A stretch of DNA of 64,000 nucleotides from Tubulanus polymorphus. Lineage: Eukaryota > Animalia > Nemertea. Location: positions 16,065,653 through 16,129,652 of the forward strand of contig NC_134028.1 of the NCBI RefSeq assembly GCF_964204645.1, in the 5' to 3' direction. The stretch's first letter is position 1, and every line of letters starts with the position of its first letter. The position numbers and the translations under genes were made by a program. Under the pieces are notes generated by a model, which saw only the letters and a program-made list of their open reading frames with translations, did no database searches and was not told the DNA's origin. Positions 59,174 through 64,000 of the stretch are shown one piece after another.

Positions 59174-61699
59174 TAAGACAGAGAGGATGGTAATTACTGC
59201 AACACGTCATAGGAGAGCATGCACTTCAACGTCCTTTTACTGATGCTTTTTTCCGGTGTCAAGTTGCATGTTTTAGATCGATTGGCAGTCTGAGGAAATC
59301 ACAATATTCTTTTTAAGCCAGGGCTAAAATTAGTTTAAAAAGATGTGTTCGCCATCTAACAGCAAATTACTGTACTATAGAATTTTCCTGACCGACTTAC
59401 GTAGGCTACACAACGCAGCATCAAAACAGTACATGACACAGTTCTCTCACACTGATTCCAGGGGTGGATTCAGGGACAGACTTTGAGGGGAGGAAAAAGA
59501 AATGGAAAGGGCATATACACTGAAAAAGTCAAATATCCACGCAGCCAAAAGAAACGTGCATGTTCCTTGTGCTTCAGTTGTGAATTTGCAGTTGTTTTGT
59601 ATCAAAATTGATAGGCCTATTTAATTCGAGTTAGCGATTCTGATAGTGTTGTAGCCTCTCATAATGGCTTGGAGGGTTGATGGTGGTTATTGTAATGATA
59701 GTTGATTATTGGGGGGCTCTGCTCTGAAATGAAAACAAATCGTGAAATTAAACCACCGACCGGACACTGGCAGGGGGGGGCAGTTAGAGTGAATACATTT
59801 TGTATTCAAAAGATTGCATGCGACAGACGCACCCATGCGCCCAATGCACACCCATGCGCAAAACGAAAAAGCCATCAGCTATTAGTATATTCAGCTAGTA
59901 GTTGATATACCGATACATGATACGGGTCTGATTGACTGTATATGTAGGGTTTTCTGTTGTTTCACAGAAAACCCTCTGTAATTCTGTTGATTTTTATTAT
60001 CATTAGGGTAACCAGGGATGAGAACCAGGGATTATGAAACAAGCGGGACTTATGATGAAAATTTCGCAAATACTGAAATTGCAGCTAAACTGCAACATAG
60101 GCACGAAGCACATTGTGATGGTTCCCCAGCATGATTTCCAAAACAGCCTGTATCAATTCCAGATGGCAGCAAGAACTGGTTATTTTTTCAGTAGTTTATA
60201 TTGGGAATACCAGATGGCAGCACATTACAAAAATCTTTGGGCCGAGTGCCGTCAAGCATGCTAAAAACACTCACTTTTGTAAGTTGAAACATAATGCCAG
60301 ACCCAGCAAACCTTCCAACCCCCCCCCTCAATTTCTCAACGGATCTGGACAATTTGGAAAGCTCGTTTTTTAAAATTTCTCATCACAAAAAAGCGGGAAA
60401 CCGCCAAAATGCGGGAAATTCTCATCCCTGGGTTAGGCCTACTGTGTGCTTAGGCCTACTGTGCGAAAAACCTCTTTTAATTCTGATCTGTCCTGGAATT
60501 GAAGCCTGGAATTCTCATCCCTTAGTGTGGCTGATTTTCAGCTGTGGAAACCGGCGTCATAGCATTTTCGGTTCAGGCGATTTCGGCCCTAATTTCGCGT
60601 TCTAAGACATATAATCCACGAACTATTCATTGGATATTAACGGGATTAGTTTCCTTAGAAGCAGCAAGCTATTAGCTTTCATATTAGCTTTCATGCCTGG
60701 ATTAACGAAATTGAATGAGACATAACGTAGTCTGAATACCAGTCGTTGCAACGTCTGACGCTAAAGTATCATATAGAGGCTAACTCCCGTTAATTGCAAT
60801 GCAACAACTGATTTTAGTGTCAAATAAAACCTTTGTACTCAAATAAATTAATTAGTTACCTTGTTGACTTTGAGAAAGTGTTATATAACAATATTTTTGA
60901 TGATTTAAATCGCAAACCGGAGAATTTATTGATTTGATTTGAATAGAATTGATTGCCACAATTGGGATTTCCAATACGGACTAAATCAATAAAATGTGAA
61001 AATTCAATATGTCTCTCTAGCTTTACTCTAAATGTTTCTTTTTTGTTGATAAAACGCATTAATTCTCGTAAATTTTACCACAAGAATTAGAAACAAGAAT
61101 AATATCTGCATTGGCATCAATGTCAGTCAAAGTTCAAGCCCGATGGTAATTTACACTCCCATCATGCAACACGAAAAGCTGCCATATTTGTTATGTTGCT
61201 TCACTTCAACTGTTTTTTGAGGCGACTAGGCAAAAGTTTTGAGTTACTACGATTGTCAAAAGCTACTTAGGATTACAAATCTATGCACTAACAATAGTTA
61301 ACTTCCATCTGATTACAGAACAGTCAGTTTGAGGTAAGTTGATGGTGTTTTTAGGGGTGAAATAGATGCTCAAAGCCTCGTCCCTCAAAGTGAGGAACGA
61401 AAATTAACCTTATATTAGCCCTTTTGCCCTAGACGTTGTTTGTGGAACGACCGCTAGGTACTAGACTAAAGTCTATCTATTTTTGATTGTCCATGATCTT
61501 TTTGGGATATTTTGCTTAATTTTGGGTGTGCATACCTCTAATAGGTCTTAATCGAATCAGCAGAGTTGTGCAGTCCAGATAAATCATCGTTTTTATATCC
61601 ATTTTACACTGTTTAGAATGATTGATGAATATGGGCCTTATTCACAATCCGCCATGACGACGGACAAAACGAGGGTGCCACTGCAAACAAAATATAAAA

Positions 61700-62963
61700 A
61701 TGGCACATTGTAGCGTGCCGCGTTGCACGAATGACGCGGGCAATCCAAGTGAATTCAAAACATCGTTCCATCAATTCCCAACCGAAAAAGAACATAGAAA
61801 GCAATGGGTAGTTGCTATTCGGCGTGTCGAAGGCCAATTTTTCAAGGTAATAATATCACGGATCTTATCTATCCCACTGTAGCCTCATGAAAAGGTAACG
61901 GTTAGTCCAAGGTCCTATTAAGTTAACATAAACTAAGCGTGGAGTGTGACGACTTCGGAGCTGTCCCACGCCCGGTTAGGGGATATTGACAATGTCATCT
62001 TTATATGTTATACAGAGTAATAAAATTTCCAATGGGGTAACAGAACCATGTAGCCGAAAAGAATGAATTGGATCAAAGATATCATCAGAGTTGTTCGAAA
62101 ATTATCAAAAATACACTTGGCAATATATGAAATATATACATATTGTTTATTTTTGGTAAACTGTAACATTTATACATTGAGATAAACATTTGAAAATAAA
62201 TAATTTCCCATACAAGATAGAAATGTGTTAACCTCATTAATATCATTCGTGTTAGTGGAATTTACGATAAAATGTCACCATTACTGAGAGGAAATAACTG
62301 TGAGGAAATATTGAGGAAAATCTAAAACCAGGATTCGAAATCATGGAATGATGCAAAGTGTAAACTAACCGGGCGAAGTTATGACATTTCAAGGGTGGCT
62401 CCGAAAACATACAAATTAGAATCTACATTTGAACATCTGTTTCAAAGGGTGGCTCCAGTTAGACTATTGAATATTTACATGAAATGGTTTAAAGACAAAG
62501 GGCCAAGGTAGTTATGATACATATTTTTTCAGGTGACAAATCGCACATATGTTTCTTCTGATCATTTTAAACCAGATGATTTTAAAAGAACATTTACAGG
62601 AATTAAAAAGCTAAAACCTGGAGTTGTTCCAAGTGTATTCTCTTGGAAAACACATCAATCAAGAAAACCACCTGTAGCTAGGAAAAATTAGCAGCATTTT
62701 GAAAAAACACCATTTCAGATGAATTTCATGACGAGTAAGTACCTTTAATTACAAGATACAGCCAGTTATTCTACCCAACTTTGAGCAACTGAGCGGTAGA
62801 TAGAGAAAGTTGGCGCCACATAGCTAGTTCAAATGACTCGATTTTTATTTTGTTCTATTTTACCATAATCATTCTATGCAATGAATTATAAAAACCTTGC
62901 TTTTTAATCTTTATCTTAGCGTCGCGGAAGAACCGAATTGTCAATTTCAAGACCACGACTATG
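61700..62963 (+). pseudogene. Spliced THAP-domain gene relic (probably transposon-borne); exons 61700-61846, 62533-about 62734, 62920-62963
   Basis: MAHCSVPRC..SFHQFP..RKQWVVAIRR..K|VTNRTYVSSDHFKPDDF..LKPGVVPSVF is a THAP fold with the third Cys changed to Ser; TAG follows RKN; exon 3 encodes DHDY (HCF-binding DHxY motif). Confidence 0.82.
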
Positions 62964-64000
62964 TTCGTCAACCAACGTAAGGATAAGCTTATTGCGGCTC
63001 AAAGTAAGAACTCGCAAGCCAAATGTATGGAACCAGGAACGTTGAGCGAAGAGAGCAAAAGAGGAACACGTGCGTTTAGTAAGATGACTATCGAGTGTAC
63101 TGATTTATTTACTAAGACGGAAATACAGATGGTTGATTACAATATAGGTCATTAACAGAGTTCAAGTATAGGATAGATACAATTCCTGACACTCCGGCCC
63201 CAGGAAATAATGGTTACATAAAATCGACACATTACAGAAAAATGATATTTAAACGCAAACTACTAAATATTAATGAACAAACTACATTACCTAGATTGCT
63301 TATGATCGTAGAACATATTGTCATTGCGTTGTGGTTTATAGATTGAATAGAGATTAGAATTATTGTAAGCTAAGAATCAAGGTTACGTAGTTCGAAAGCA
63401 AGATAAGCTTTGGAAACATTAAACTAAACTATGAGTATATATTTCGTTATACAATCACATGTCGTGAGAATTCAATCAGAGTAGATCATTATTTAGTACA
63501 TATCAATCATTTTAAGTTCAATTCAGCAGACCAATCTTTGATGCGACGTTTCGCTTGAACGGTTGCATTTCTCGTTCGGCGCGGGTTGAACGGTATTTCA
63601 TTCGAATTGTCCTTATCGGTATTTGTCGCGTTGTCACATCGCGATCCGGTATCGCACGTTTCGGGATCACAATTGATTTTTAACGGATACAACTTCGTTA
63701 TAGGTCGATTTGTCATACCGTTCTTTGTTTTGATCATCGCAGATTGTACAAGTCCATCGGAGCCGCGATTTATATCATTAACCAAAGCAAGGTTCCAGTT
63801 CGCTCGCTTAGTTTCGTCGGAGTGAACCATGACAACGTCTCCGATTCTAATTTCATTCTCAGTGTGTCCCTTTTTACAGTTATTCGCATGTGCTTCGCGT
63901 AATGCTGGTAGGTATTCGTCTCTCCAACGCTTTTCACATGTTTTGAAAAGATTATCCAAATACACAGATCTTTTCTGAAAATCGGATCTTTCATGCGGTA
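62962..64000 (-). mobile_element. BEL/Pao LTR retrotransposon 3' end (integrase C-terminal domain, PPT, 3' LTR at about 62962-63191)
   Basis: ORF 63507..63965 RWRDEYLPALRE..IGDVV..W.LA.V..GSDGLV..RPITKLYPL; minus-strand PPT GGGGCCGGAG followed by TGTC...AATAAA...AACA. Confidence 0.85.

Noticed and set aside
58700-64000. WBP11 first coding exon (MGRRS..MNPTDQAR)
   Set aside because: No matching minus-strand sequence was found by eye; presumed to lie beyond the window.

Overview
Eukaryotic (animal, probably invertebrate) genomic DNA, AT-rich and dense in repeats; there is no prokaryotic operon or CRISPR content. Almost the whole window is the interior of one minus-strand gene, WBP11 (WW domain-binding protein 11/SIPP1). 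Eleven phase-consistent coding exons lie between 58678 and 6511; the first and last coding exons were not found and probably lie outside the window. The introns hold two DIRS tyrosine-recombinase retrotransposon relics (inverted terminal repeats, internal complementary region, RT/RNaseH/methyltransferase/YR domains), two BEL/Pao LTR relics, a Penelope GIY-YIG relic, CR1-like RT scraps, a very AT-rich Polinton/Maverick (adintovirus-like) integrase+ATPase fragment, a disabled spliced THAP gene, and several MITEs with clean TIRs and TSDs. There are also many Helentron-associated non-autonomous elements (HINE/DINE-1-like). The most notable observations are: (i) HINE families carrying 145-154 bp tandem arrays of nuclear-receptor-type (AGGTCA) or CTCF-like motifs; (ii) HINE ends repeatedly sitting just downstream of WBP11 splice donors, nearly all in one orientation; (iii) the Polinton-like viral fragment. 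All calls were made by eye with no database searches, and repeat boundaries are approximate.
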